From: an uncultured Spirochaetia bacterium
GTDB lineage: Bacteria; Spirochaetota; JAHITG01; JAFGFC01
NCBI GenBank assembly: GCA_964605455.1
Contig: CAZSCZ010000001.1
Span: forward strand, 1-46,668
Direction: 5' to 3'
Length of the DNA: 46,668 nucleotides
Shown here: in pieces, positions 18,143-27,619 of the stretch
Numbering within the stretch: the first letter of the stretch is position 1
How the letters are laid out: every line of letters starts with the position of its first letter
Made by a program: the position numbers and the translations under genes
The notes under the pieces: model-generated
What the model was told of the DNA's origin: nothing
Databases searched by the model: none
The model's input: the letters and a program-made list of their open reading frames with translations, nothing else

Positions 18143-19507
18143 TTGAATATTAATGGAAAAATTATGAGAAATGTGCTGGTAGTAGGTGCTTTTGGCAAAA
18201 CTGGAATTGCTGTTATAAATTATCTTGTAAAAAAGGGTTTTAAAGTAAAAGCAACTGATATGAAAAAAGAGATCCCTGATGAACTTAAAAATATTAGCAA
18301 CATAGAATATTATCTTGGTGCTCATAATGAAAATTTACTTAATAATATAGATTTTGTTATCATATCTCCTGGTGTCCCAAGCAATATTTCTATTATTCTT
18401 AAAGCAAAGAAAATGTCCATACCTGTTTTAAGTGAAATAGAACTTGCATATAGAGAGTTTCCTTACAATTGGGTAGGAATAACTGGCACTGATGGAAAAT
18501 CTACTACAACAGCACTTACAGGGACAATTTTAAAAGAAGAGAGAGAAAACATTGTGGTGGGTGGCAATATTGGAGAACCTCTTATAGAAAAATTAGTTGA
18601 TGTGCCAAAAGATACAATTGTTGTGTCTGAACTATCAAGCTTTCAACTTGAAAATATTATAAATTTCAAACCTTTTATAGGAACTTTACTCAATATTTCG
18701 CAGGACCATTTGGATAGATATAATTCAATGGAAGAGTATGTGCTGGCAAAATTTAATTTGTTCAAAAATCAAACAGAAAAAGAATTTAGTATTTTTAATT
18801 TCAGAGATGAAATATCTAAAAATTATATAAACAAAGTAAAATCCAAAAAATATTTTTTCAGTCGCTATTCAATTCCTGACAGAGGTGCATATTTTAAAGA
18901 AGGAAAATTTTTCTGGAAAAATGGTGAAAAAATTGAAGAGATTGCAGATGAGCAAGATATGAAAATTTATGGAGAGCATAATAAAGAGAACATACTTGCA
19001 GCTATTACTATTGCTAAGCTATTTAATATAAAAAATGAGAAGATAAAGAAAGGGATTAGAAAATTTAAAGGCTTAGAGCATAGAATGGAATTTGTTGCAG
19101 AAATTCAAGGTAGAAGATTTATAAATGATTCAAAAGCTACAACTGTTTCCTCTGTTAGGATGAGTATAAGTAGCATAAATGGGAAAGGAATTATTATTAT
19201 GGGCGGAAAAGATAAAGGACTTGATTTTTCTTTATTGGATGATGTGTTATCAGCGAAAGCAAAATATCTGATACTTACTGGTGAAGCCAAACAAAAGATT
19301 AAAAATTCTATTAAGTTTGATAGAAAAAAGATAGTTGATGCAGATTCTTTTGAAGGAGCAGTAATTAAAGCATTCAAATTATCTGAGTATGGTGATACAA
19401 TTTTACTTTCACCCGGATGCGCATCTTTTGATATGTTTAAAAATTTTGAAGAAAGAGGTAGAAAATTTAAAGAAATTGTATATAATTTAAAAAAGGAATT
19501 TCAATAA
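18143..19507 (+). CDS. murD: UDP-N-acetylmuramoylalanine--D-glutamate ligase
   Basis: GITGTDGKSTTT and NDSKATT motifs. The start is uncertain: TTG at 18143 or ATG at 18164. Confidence 0.92.
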   Translation: MNINGKIMRNVLVVGAFGKTGIAVINYLVKKGFKVKATDMKKEIPDELKNISNIEYYLGAHNENLLNNIDFVIISPGVPSNISIILKAKKMSIPVLSEIELAYREFPYNWVGITGTDGKSTTTALTGTILKEERENIVVGGNIGEPLIEKLVDVPKDTIVVSELSSFQLENIINFKPFIGTLLNISQDHLDRYNSMEEYVLAKFNLFKNQTEKEFSIFNFRDEISKNYINKVKSKKYFFSRYSIPDRGAYFKEGKFFWKNGEKIEEIADEQDMKIYGEHNKENILAAITIAKLFNIKNEKIKKGIRKFKGLEHRMEFVAEIQGRRFINDSKATTVSSVRMSISSINGKGIIIMGGKDKGLDFSLLDDVLSAKAKYLILTGEAKQKIKNSIKFDRKKIVDADSFEGAVIKAFKLSEYGDTILLSPGCASFDMFKNFEERGRKFKEIVYNLKKEFQ

Positions 19508-20646
19508 TGAATCGTGTATATTACAAAACACCTGATTTTAAGTTACTAATTGCAGTGTATATTCTTCTTGCATTTGGTATAAGTATGCTTTATAGTGCAA
19601 GTATTGCAATTTCAAGAAGAATTTACCATAATCAATATTATATTTTTACACGCCAATTAATATGGGCTGGCATTTCTACAGTTTTTATAATTATTTTATT
19701 TACTATTGATTATCATTTATATAGAAAAGTTGCGCGACTAATTGTTCTATTTACACTTATTCTTTTAGTTATGGTTCTAATTCCAGGGATTGGGACAATG
19801 ATAAGTGGCTCAAGAAGTTGGATAAGATTTAAATTTTTTGGTTTCCAACCTGCTGAAATTGCTAAACTTTCACTTGTTATTTATCTTTCTTATATCTTCT
19901 CAAAAAAGAGAATAAAAACAGATAATTTTTTTGAAAGCTATTTACCAACCTTGATTATAGTTTCAACAATTTCTTTTCTTATACTCTTACAGCCAGATTT
20001 TGGAACAGGATTTTTAATAATAATTATTGCAGGAACTTTAGCATTTATAAGTGGTGTTAAGACAATTTATCTTATAAGTACTGGTTTTGCCATTTTACCT
20101 ATAGCGTGGATTTTAATTTCAAAAGTAGAATATAGAAAAATGAGACTTCTTGCATTTATAAATCCTTGGGCTGATCCTATGGATAAAGGGTATCACATTA
20201 TTCAATCCATAAAAAGCTTCAAAATTGGAGGAATTACAGGTGTTGGGCTTGGTAAAGGAGTGCAAAAGTTGTGGTATCTTCCACAACCACATACTGATTT
20301 TATATTTTCTGTTATAGGTGAAGAAACAGGTTTAATAGGCAGTTTTATTATTCTTTTACTCTACATATATATAATTTTTAGAGCAGCAAAAATAGCAATG
20401 AATGCACCAGATAGATTTGGTTTTCTTATTGCTACTGGTATCTGTATTATGATTAGTGTTCAAGTTCTAATTAATATATTTGTTAGCACCGGGTTAATTC
20501 CTGTAACAGGCCTACCATTACCATTTATAAGCTATGGTGGGTCTTCATTAGTTGTAAATATGTTGGCAATAGGAATACTGCTTAATATTTCAAGACAATC
20601 AGCAGATTCTAAAAGGTCTTTGGAGGTCATCAAAGAGAATGAATAA
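19507..20646 (+). CDS. ftsW: SEDS-family peptidoglycan polymerase FtsW
   Basis: Polytopic membrane protein with FQPAEIAKL and LPQPHTDFIFSVIGEE motifs, in the dcw position. Confidence 0.92.
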   Translation: MNRVYYKTPDFKLLIAVYILLAFGISMLYSASIAISRRIYHNQYYIFTRQLIWAGISTVFIIILFTIDYHLYRKVARLIVLFTLILLVMVLIPGIGTMISGSRSWIRFKFFGFQPAEIAKLSLVIYLSYIFSKKRIKTDNFFESYLPTLIIVSTISFLILLQPDFGTGFLIIIIAGTLAFISGVKTIYLISTGFAILPIAWILISKVEYRKMRLLAFINPWADPMDKGYHIIQSIKSFKIGGITGVGLGKGVQKLWYLPQPHTDFIFSVIGEETGLIGSFIILLLYIYIIFRAAKIAMNAPDRFGFLIATGICIMISVQVLINIFVSTGLIPVTGLPLPFISYGGSSLVVNMLAIGILLNISRQSADSKRSLEVIKENE

Positions 20647-21709
20647 AATCTTTTTCATAACAGCAGGTGGCACCGGCGGACATATTATCCCTGCTATTTC
20701 AATATATTATGCCCTCAAAAATCGTAATTATAATGTTAAATTCTTATGTAGAAAAAAGGATTTGAAAATAGTTGAACAACTTAGACCTATTGTTCATAAT
20801 CTTTTATTTTTACCTGGAAAAGGATTAAAACGAAAATTTTCTTTAGATAATATTTTTTCTTTAATATATCTCCTTTATGGCATTATAATTTCATTATTTT
20901 GGATTTTAAAATTTAAGCCTGATGCAATTCTTTCTTTTGGTGGATATATAAGCTTTCCTATACTTGTTTCAGGAGCTTTAAAGAAAATTCCTATTTTTTT
21001 ATTTGAACAGAATAGTTATCCTGGAATTGTTAATCGCATCTTCAAAAGATGGGCAAAAGTTATTTTTGTAAATTTTAAGTATACGCAAAAATTTTTTAAA
21101 AATAGCATTATAGTAGGAAATCCTGTGCGCGATTCATTAAAACGAAAAATTTCAAAAAAAGAATGTGCAAGATTTTTTAATATTCGTCCCAAAAATGTTA
21201 TACTTGTTATGGGTGGGAGTCAAGGAGCATTGAAAATAAACGAAATTTTTTCTAAAATTGTGGATGAACTTAAAAATTTTGAAATTATATGGATTACAGG
21301 AAAATTTCATTTTTATAAATTTAAGTCTAAAGCTAAAAGAGGGAAAATATATATTACACCTTATTTGAAAGAGATGGAATATGCATATAATATAGCAAAG
21401 TTAGCTATTACACGTGCAGGCGCATTAACAATTACAGAGCTTTCATATTTCGGTATTCCTGCAATATTGATTCCTCTTCCACATTCAGCAGAGAACCACC
21501 AATTAATAAATGCAAAAATTATTGAGAAATCTGGCGGTGGAATTGTAATAGAAGAAAGTGAGCTTACACCAAGAATTTTATTTGATAAAATAAACAAAAT
21601 ATTTAAAAACAAATCTCAACTTAAAAAGATGGGCAATTCTATAAAAAAATTCTATAAACAAGATGCAACTAAAAAAATAATAAAAATTATAGAAGAGAAG
21701 TTAAAGTAG
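20639..21709 (+). CDS. murG: UDP-GlcNAc--undecaprenyl-PP-MurNAc-pentapeptide GlcNAc transferase
   Basis: GGTGGHIIPA N-terminal motif and GGSQGA. It overlaps ftsW by 8 nt. Confidence 0.93.
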   Translation: MNKIFFITAGGTGGHIIPAISIYYALKNRNYNVKFLCRKKDLKIVEQLRPIVHNLLFLPGKGLKRKFSLDNIFSLIYLLYGIIISLFWILKFKPDAILSFGGYISFPILVSGALKKIPIFLFEQNSYPGIVNRIFKRWAKVIFVNFKYTQKFFKNSIIVGNPVRDSLKRKISKKECARFFNIRPKNVILVMGGSQGALKINEIFSKIVDELKNFEIIWITGKFHFYKFKSKAKRGKIYITPYLKEMEYAYNIAKLAITRAGALTITELSYFGIPAILIPLPHSAENHQLINAKIIEKSGGGIVIEESELTPRILFDKINKIFKNKSQLKKMGNSIKKFYKQDATKKIIKIIEEKLK

Positions 21710-21724
21710 AATATAGGAGTTAAG

Positions 21725-23122
21725 ATGAGGTTATTTAAAGAAGAGATATTTGGGAAAACAAGGCATATTCATTTTACAGGTATTGGTGGTAGTGGAATGT
21801 GTGGAATTGCAGAAGTTGTTCTTAATCTTGGATTTAAGGTAACAGGCTCGGATATAGCGGAATCAGAGATAATAGATAGATTGAAAAAACTTGGTGCGAA
21901 AATAAATATAGGACATAAAGCTGAAAATATTGAGGGCGCAGATGTCTTGGTCTATTCGTCAGCTATTCGTCCGGATAATCCAGAAATTCTTTATGCAAAA
22001 GAATTAGATATTCCCACAATTCCTCGTGCAGAGATGCTTGCTGAACTTATGAGACTTAAACGCGGAATCGCTATCGCAGGAACACATGGTAAAACTACTA
22101 CAACTTCCCTTGTAGGGTCTATATTTGAGGCTGCTGGACTTAATCCCACTGTTGTTATAGGCGGTAAATTTTTTAATATTAAATCAAATGCAAAACTTGG
22201 TAAAGGAAAATTTTTAATATGTGAGGCTGATGAGAGCGATGCTTCACTCTTAAAACTTTCACCAGAATTCGCAATAGTAACAAATATAGATGATGACCAT
22301 CTTGATTATTATGAAAACTTTGAAAATTTGAAAAATACATTTAAAGAGTTTATAAACAAGGTCCCTTTTTATGGCTTTATTATTTTATGTAAGGATAATA
22401 AACATCTTTCTTCTATGTTTCCTAATATATATAAACGTATAGTAACCTATGGAATAAAAACAAATGCAGATTATACAGCAAAAAATATAAAACAAACTTC
22501 TGAGGGAATTGAATTTACACTTATAAAGAATAGTAAAGAATTAGGCAATATTAATTTCAAACTTTATGGAAAGCACAATGTATTAAATGCACTTGCAGCA
22601 TCAGCATTAAGTTTTGAGTTAGGTATATCATTTAAAAATATAAAGAAAGGTTTACATAATTTTAAAGGTGTTGAACGAAGATTAGAATTTAAAGGTGAAA
22701 TTAATAAAATTAAAATTTTTGATGATTATGGTCATCATCCAACAGAGATTAAAGCAACACTTGCGTCTATACATAAAGGAAAAGGAAGGTTGCTTGTTAT
22801 TTTTCAGCCACACAGGTATACGCGCACAAAATTATTGCATAAAGAATTTAAAGATGCATTTTTAAAGGCAGATTATTTATTTATTACAGAAATTTATCCT
22901 GCAGGTGAGAAGCCGATAAAAGGAGTAAGCGCGCGACTTATCTATAACAGTGTGAAAAAAAGTAAGCTGAAAAATGTAATATATATCCCTTCAAAAGAGG
23001 ATGCAGCTAACGAAGTGATTAAAATAGCAGAAAGAAACGACATTATTTTAACTCTTGGCGCAGGCGATATAAAAAATATTGCTCCATTTATAATTGAAAA
23101 ATTGCAACAGAAAAAAATGTAA
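21725..23122 (+). CDS. murC: UDP-N-acetylmuramate--L-alanine ligase
   Basis: HFTGIGGSGMCGIAE and GTHGKTTTT motifs. Confidence 0.95.
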   Translation: MRLFKEEIFGKTRHIHFTGIGGSGMCGIAEVVLNLGFKVTGSDIAESEIIDRLKKLGAKINIGHKAENIEGADVLVYSSAIRPDNPEILYAKELDIPTIPRAEMLAELMRLKRGIAIAGTHGKTTTTSLVGSIFEAAGLNPTVVIGGKFFNIKSNAKLGKGKFLICEADESDASLLKLSPEFAIVTNIDDDHLDYYENFENLKNTFKEFINKVPFYGFIILCKDNKHLSSMFPNIYKRIVTYGIKTNADYTAKNIKQTSEGIEFTLIKNSKELGNINFKLYGKHNVLNALAASALSFELGISFKNIKKGLHNFKGVERRLEFKGEINKIKIFDDYGHHPTEIKATLASIHKGKGRLLVIFQPHRYTRTKLLHKEFKDAFLKADYLFITEIYPAGEKPIKGVSARLIYNSVKKSKLKNVIYIPSKEDAANEVIKIAERNDIILTLGAGDIKNIAPFIIEKLQQKKM

Positions 23123-23272
23123 ATTTTGTTTTTATTTTGCTGTTTATAGCCTCAAGAGTGGCTGAGGTTTAAGTTTCAGCTAATAAATGTCACAGAGATG
23201 AAGTTTTATATATCTTTGCAGCCTCTGTGACTAAATTTGAAAATGAGTATTTGGATATCTGGAGTAGGATAT

Positions 23273-24232
23273 ATGGACCTAAAAAAATTAAAGATAGGTA
23301 TAATTTTAGGCGGAAGTTCAAGTGAACGAGAAGTTTCGCTTCGTTCCGGCGATAATGTTTTTCAGGCTATAAAACGAAAAGGCTATAATGCTGTAAAAAT
23401 TGATCTTAACAAAAATATAGTAGAGAATTTAAAAAAAGAGAAGATTGATATTGCATATATAATTTTACATGGTGCACCAGGTGAAGATGGAACAATTCAA
23501 GGTTTACTGGAAATACTTGGAATACCTTATACAGGTTCAGGCATTCTTGGTAGTGCAATTTCACTAAATAAGATTGTAACAAAACAGCTCTTTGTTGCAA
23601 ATAATATCCCTACACCACCAGCAGTTATTTTGCGTGATAAGTTTACTAAAATTGAAAAGGAAGAAGTGCTTAAACTTGGTTTCCCTGTTATGCTTAAACC
23701 TGCCTCTGAAGGTTCCAGTATCGGAGTTAAAAAGATTTATAATTTAGAAGAACTTGAAGAAAATATAGATGATTTCCTCAAAAAATACAGAGATGGGATA
23801 ATAGAGAAATATATCAGAGGGAAAGATATAACAGTTGGAGTTATAGAAGTGAATAAACAAATAAAAGCTTTACCAATTCTTGAACTGTTGCCTGAAAGTG
23901 ATTTTTATGATTATGAAGCAAAATATACAAAAGGTAAAACAAAATTTATTTTGCCGGCTGAATTAAATGCTGAAATTACTGAAAAAGTAAAAGAGCTTGC
24001 AGTAAAAGCTCATAAAGCCGTATGGTGTTATGGCGTATCAAGAGTTGATATGGTTGTGGACCAAGAGGGAAATATTTATGTCTTAGAAGTCAATTCAATA
24101 CCAGGTATGACAGAAACAAGTGATTTGCCAGCAGAAGCCAAAACTGATGGGATTGAATTTGACGAACTTGTTGAAATAATATTGCAAAGTGCTTTTATTA
24201 AAAGAAAATATATGGTAAAAGAAATTTTATGA
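23273..24232 (+). CDS. ddl: D-alanine--D-alanine ligase
   Basis: GGSSSEREVSLRSG, HGAPGEDGTIQGLLE and EVNSIPGMT motifs. I prefer the ATG at 23273 (GGAG upstream) over the alternative start at 23237 used in the track. Confidence 0.93.
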   Translation: MDLKKLKIGIILGGSSSEREVSLRSGDNVFQAIKRKGYNAVKIDLNKNIVENLKKEKIDIAYIILHGAPGEDGTIQGLLEILGIPYTGSGILGSAISLNKIVTKQLFVANNIPTPPAVILRDKFTKIEKEEVLKLGFPVMLKPASEGSSIGVKKIYNLEELEENIDDFLKKYRDGIIEKYIRGKDITVGVIEVNKQIKALPILELLPESDFYDYEAKYTKGKTKFILPAELNAEITEKVKELAVKAHKAVWCYGVSRVDMVVDQEGNIYVLEVNSIPGMTETSDLPAEAKTDGIEFDELVEIILQSAFIKRKYMVKEIL

Positions 24233-25065
24233 ACCCTGAAATTGAAAAATATTTAAAAGATGAGAAATGGACCGAAAAATTTAAGCAGATAAAGATGAAA
24301 AAAAGATTATATAATTTGTCCAGAATAGTTGCTATATCTGTTATTATTTTTGCTTTAATATTACTAATGCAAAGAATAATGTTATTTCTCAAAAGCACGC
24401 ACATTTTTGGTATTAACAACATAGTGATAGAAGGAAATAAGATTTTAACTACAAATGAAATTTTGCAAGCTGGTGAGCTTATTAATATCAAGAATATTTT
24501 TGAAGTAAATTTAAAAGAACTTGAAAAAAAACTTGAACTTCATCCAAGAATTAAGTATGTCTCAGTTAAACGCAAGTTACCAAATATTCTTCTTATTTCA
24601 ATAAAAGAAAGAAATCCTATAGCACTTGTTAATGTAAAAGAAGAAATCTTATATAAGCTTTATGAAGTAGATAAAGAGGGATATGTAATAGGTGGTGGCG
24701 ATAGAATTTCTAATTTTGATTTGCCAGTAATTACAGGAATAACTTCAGAAAAAATTATATTGGGTGAAAAAATAAATGATAAAAATTTAATAAAAATTCT
24801 GGATATTTTAGCCAAAGTAAATAAAAAGATTTACAATTTTGGGAGGCTGATTGCAGAGTTGCATATAGATAACTCTACTGGTGGAGCAGAATTAACAATT
24901 ATTCTAAATGAAAAGAACATCCCTGTATTTTTCGGGAATAAGATTTTACTTGAAAAGTTTTTAAAACTAAATTCATTTATAACAGTTGTATTTAAACAAT
25001 TAAATACAATTGAATATATAGATTTTAAGTATAATGATATAGTAATAAAATGGAAACAAGGATAG
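24229..25065 (+). CDS. ftsQ: Cell division protein FtsQ (POTRA domain)
   Basis: Single TM segment, then NIVIEGNKILTTNEIL... (POTRA). ATGA overlap with ddl and the canonical position before ftsA. Confidence 0.85.
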   Translation: MNPEIEKYLKDEKWTEKFKQIKMKKRLYNLSRIVAISVIIFALILLMQRIMLFLKSTHIFGINNIVIEGNKILTTNEILQAGELINIKNIFEVNLKELEKKLELHPRIKYVSVKRKLPNILLISIKERNPIALVNVKEEILYKLYEVDKEGYVIGGGDRISNFDLPVITGITSEKIILGEKINDKNLIKILDILAKVNKKIYNFGRLIAELHIDNSTGGAELTIILNEKNIPVFFGNKILLEKFLKLNSFITVVFKQLNTIEYIDFKYNDIVIKWKQG

Positions 25066-25069
25066 GGAG

Positions 25070-26314
25070 GTGATTATATTGGCTGATGAAACAATTATTA
25101 CTGGGTTGGATATTGGAACAACAAAAGTATGTGCAGTTATAGGGCAGATAAATGAGTTAGGCAGAATAGATATAATTGGAGTTGGTACTGCTCCTTCATT
25201 TGGGTTACGAAAAGGTGTTGTTGTTAATATAGATAATACAGTAAAATCAATAAGTAAAGCTATAGAAGAAGCGGAGCTTATGGCAGGGGTTGAAGTAGAA
25301 TCTGTGTATACAGGAATTGCAGGTGGACATATAAAAGGAATCAACAGCAGAGGAGTTGTTGCAATATCTTCCAGAACCCATGAAATAACACAAGCAGATG
25401 TGGATAGAGTAGTGGATGCTGCGAGGGCAATTTCAATTCCTATTGACAGAGAAGTTATCCATGTGATACCACAGGAATTTATAGTAGACGACCAGGATGG
25501 GATAAAAGATCCTGTTGGTATGTCAGGTATCAGACTGGAAGCAGAAGTTCATATTATTACAGGGGCTGTTTCATCTATTGAAAATATAATAAAAAGTGTG
25601 CATCGTGCTGGATATGAAGTGGAAGATATTGTTCTTGAACCTCTTGCATCAGCAGAAGCAATTCTTACAAATGAAGAGAAAGAGCTTGGTGTAGTTCTTG
25701 TTGATCTTGGTGGTGGCACAACTGATATAATAATGTTTTTAAATGGAAGTATATGGCATACGGGTATTATAGCCTTAGGTGGAAATCATGTTACAAATGA
25801 TATTGCGATTGGACTCAGAACTCCAGCCCAGTCCGCAGAAATTATTAAAAAGAAATATGGATGTGCATATACAGATATGGTTGACCCCCAAGAGGTAATT
25901 GAAGTTCCAGCAGTTGGTGGAAGAGCCCCTAAAAAAGTTTCACGAAAATTTTTAAGTGAGATAATACAGCCAAGAATGGAAGAGATACTCGGACTTGTTC
26001 AGCGTGAAATAAAAATATCTGGGTTTGATGAACTTATTGCAGCTGGTGCTGTGGTAACAGGTGGTGGTTCTCTTTTAGAAGGAACAGTTGAACTTGCTGA
26101 AAAAGTGCTGGAAATTCCTGTTCGGCTCGGTATCCCTGAAAAAGTTGGTGGGCTGAGTGATACTGTAAATACTCCACTGTATGCAACAGGTGTTGGCTTA
26201 GTGCTTTATGGCTCAAAAAATAAAAGTTTTCCTAACCTTTATAGAGCTTCAGGCGAAAATTTGTTTAAAAATATTATTAAAAGATTAGGTATGTGGTTTA
26301 AAGAATATTTTTAG
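25070..26314 (+). CDS. ftsA: Cell division protein FtsA
   Basis: GLDIGTTKVCAVIG and VDLGGGTTD actin-fold motifs. The true start may be the TTG at 25079, 8 nt after GGAGG. Confidence 0.95.
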   Translation: MIILADETIITGLDIGTTKVCAVIGQINELGRIDIIGVGTAPSFGLRKGVVVNIDNTVKSISKAIEEAELMAGVEVESVYTGIAGGHIKGINSRGVVAISSRTHEITQADVDRVVDAARAISIPIDREVIHVIPQEFIVDDQDGIKDPVGMSGIRLEAEVHIITGAVSSIENIIKSVHRAGYEVEDIVLEPLASAEAILTNEEKELGVVLVDLGGGTTDIIMFLNGSIWHTGIIALGGNHVTNDIAIGLRTPAQSAEIIKKKYGCAYTDMVDPQEVIEVPAVGGRAPKKVSRKFLSEIIQPRMEEILGLVQREIKISGFDELIAAGAVVTGGGSLLEGTVELAEKVLEIPVRLGIPEKVGGLSDTVNTPLYATGVGLVLYGSKNKSFPNLYRASGENLFKNIIKRLGMWFKEYF

Positions 26315-26364
26315 ACTATTAGATTGTGAACTAAAAAACAAATTTTAAGAGGAGGGGAATAAAA

Positions 26365-27576
26365 ATGATTGAAATTGTAGAAGAAAAACAAAATCAAACT
26401 ATTATCAAAGTTATTGGGGTAGGTGGAGCTGGATGCAATGCTGTTAATAGAATGATTGAAATAGGGATTTATGGTGTGGAGTTTATTGCGGCAAACACTG
26501 ATGCTCAGCATCTCAATGCATCAAAAGCTCCAATTAAGATTCAGCTTGGTCCCAAAGTAACAGGTGGGCTTGGTGCAGGTTCAATTCCAGAGATTGGTGA
26601 GAAATCTGCAATTGAATCAAAGGATACAATTACTGACTTGCTAAAGGGTAGTGATATGATATTTTTAACAGCAGGAATGGGTGGTGGCACTGGTACCGGT
26701 GCTTCCCCTATTATCGCCCAAATTGCAAAAGAGATGGGAATACTTGTTGTGGGTGTCGTTACAAAACCATTTGGGTTTGAAGGTAAAAAACGAATGGTGC
26801 AGGCTGAGAATGGTATTGCAAAGTTGGTTGATTCTGTAGATTCTTTGATTATCATAAATAATGACAATTTATTAAAAATTGCATCAAAAAATACTACTTA
26901 TGTAGAAAGCTTTGCATTAGCAAATGATGTATTAAGACATGCTGTTCAAGGTATAGCTGAACTTATTACAGGTGCAGGACTCATAAATCTTGATTTCGCT
27001 GATTTGCGAACAATTATGAGTGAAAAAGGAAGAGCTATTATGGGGGTTGGAATTGGTAGAGGTGATAATAGAGCACAAGATGCTGTTGAATCTGCTATTT
27101 CTTCACCTTTACTTGAAAATGATTCTATTGAAGGTGCAACAGGTGTGTTAATTAATATAACAGGTGGAACAGACTTGACCCTTCACGAAGTAAATCAAAT
27201 AGCAAATGCTATTACTAAACAGGTTGATGAAAATGCTAATGTGCTTTATGGACAGATGCTTGATTCTAATATGGCTGATGAAGTGAAAGTTACAATTGTT
27301 GCTACTGGATTTAAGCATAGAGAATATAAAAAAGAAATGACCCCACGAAAATTTTCTACTGCACATCTTAAACTTATTACAGGAAAAGAGTTTGAAAAAC
27401 CTGCATTTAAACGATATATGAAAGAGGATGTCAAAGAAGCAACAATGGGTAGAGATGAAAGAATAGTAAAAGAAATGAAGAAAAAAGTTATTGAAAAAGC
27501 TCCGCAGTTCCTAATCAACTGGGATGAGGAAAATTATGATATACCAGCATTCCTGCGTCATAAGGTGGAACATTAA
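26365..27576 (+). CDS. ftsZ: Cell division protein FtsZ
   Basis: GVGGAGCNAVNRM, the GGGTGTGASP tubulin signature, and a C-terminal DIPAFLR peptide. Confidence 0.98.
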   Translation: MIEIVEEKQNQTIIKVIGVGGAGCNAVNRMIEIGIYGVEFIAANTDAQHLNASKAPIKIQLGPKVTGGLGAGSIPEIGEKSAIESKDTITDLLKGSDMIFLTAGMGGGTGTGASPIIAQIAKEMGILVVGVVTKPFGFEGKKRMVQAENGIAKLVDSVDSLIIINNDNLLKIASKNTTYVESFALANDVLRHAVQGIAELITGAGLINLDFADLRTIMSEKGRAIMGVGIGRGDNRAQDAVESAISSPLLENDSIEGATGVLINITGGTDLTLHEVNQIANAITKQVDENANVLYGQMLDSNMADEVKVTIVATGFKHREYKKEMTPRKFSTAHLKLITGKEFEKPAFKRYMKEDVKEATMGRDERIVKEMKKKVIEKAPQFLINWDEENYDIPAFLRHKVEH

Positions 27577-27584
27577 AAAATATA

Positions 27585-27612
27585 TTGACATTAATTTTTA
27601 AAAGGATATATT
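27585..27612 (+). promoter_or_regulatory. Promoter TTGACA-16-TATATT. Its -10 element ends 7 nt before the ATG at 27620, so the transcript is probably leaderless.
   Basis: Hexamers read directly. There is no Shine-Dalgarno sequence between the -10 element and the ATG. Confidence 0.45.
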
Positions 27613-27619
27613 AAAAAAT

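Noticed and set aside
23179-23200. Shared motif CTAATAAA..CACAGAGATGA between the murC-ddl spacer and the udp/MFS spacer (31068-31100)
   Set aside because: It is only an 11-13-mer plus an 8-mer. Matches of that length are expected by chance in 47 kb of biased-composition DNA.
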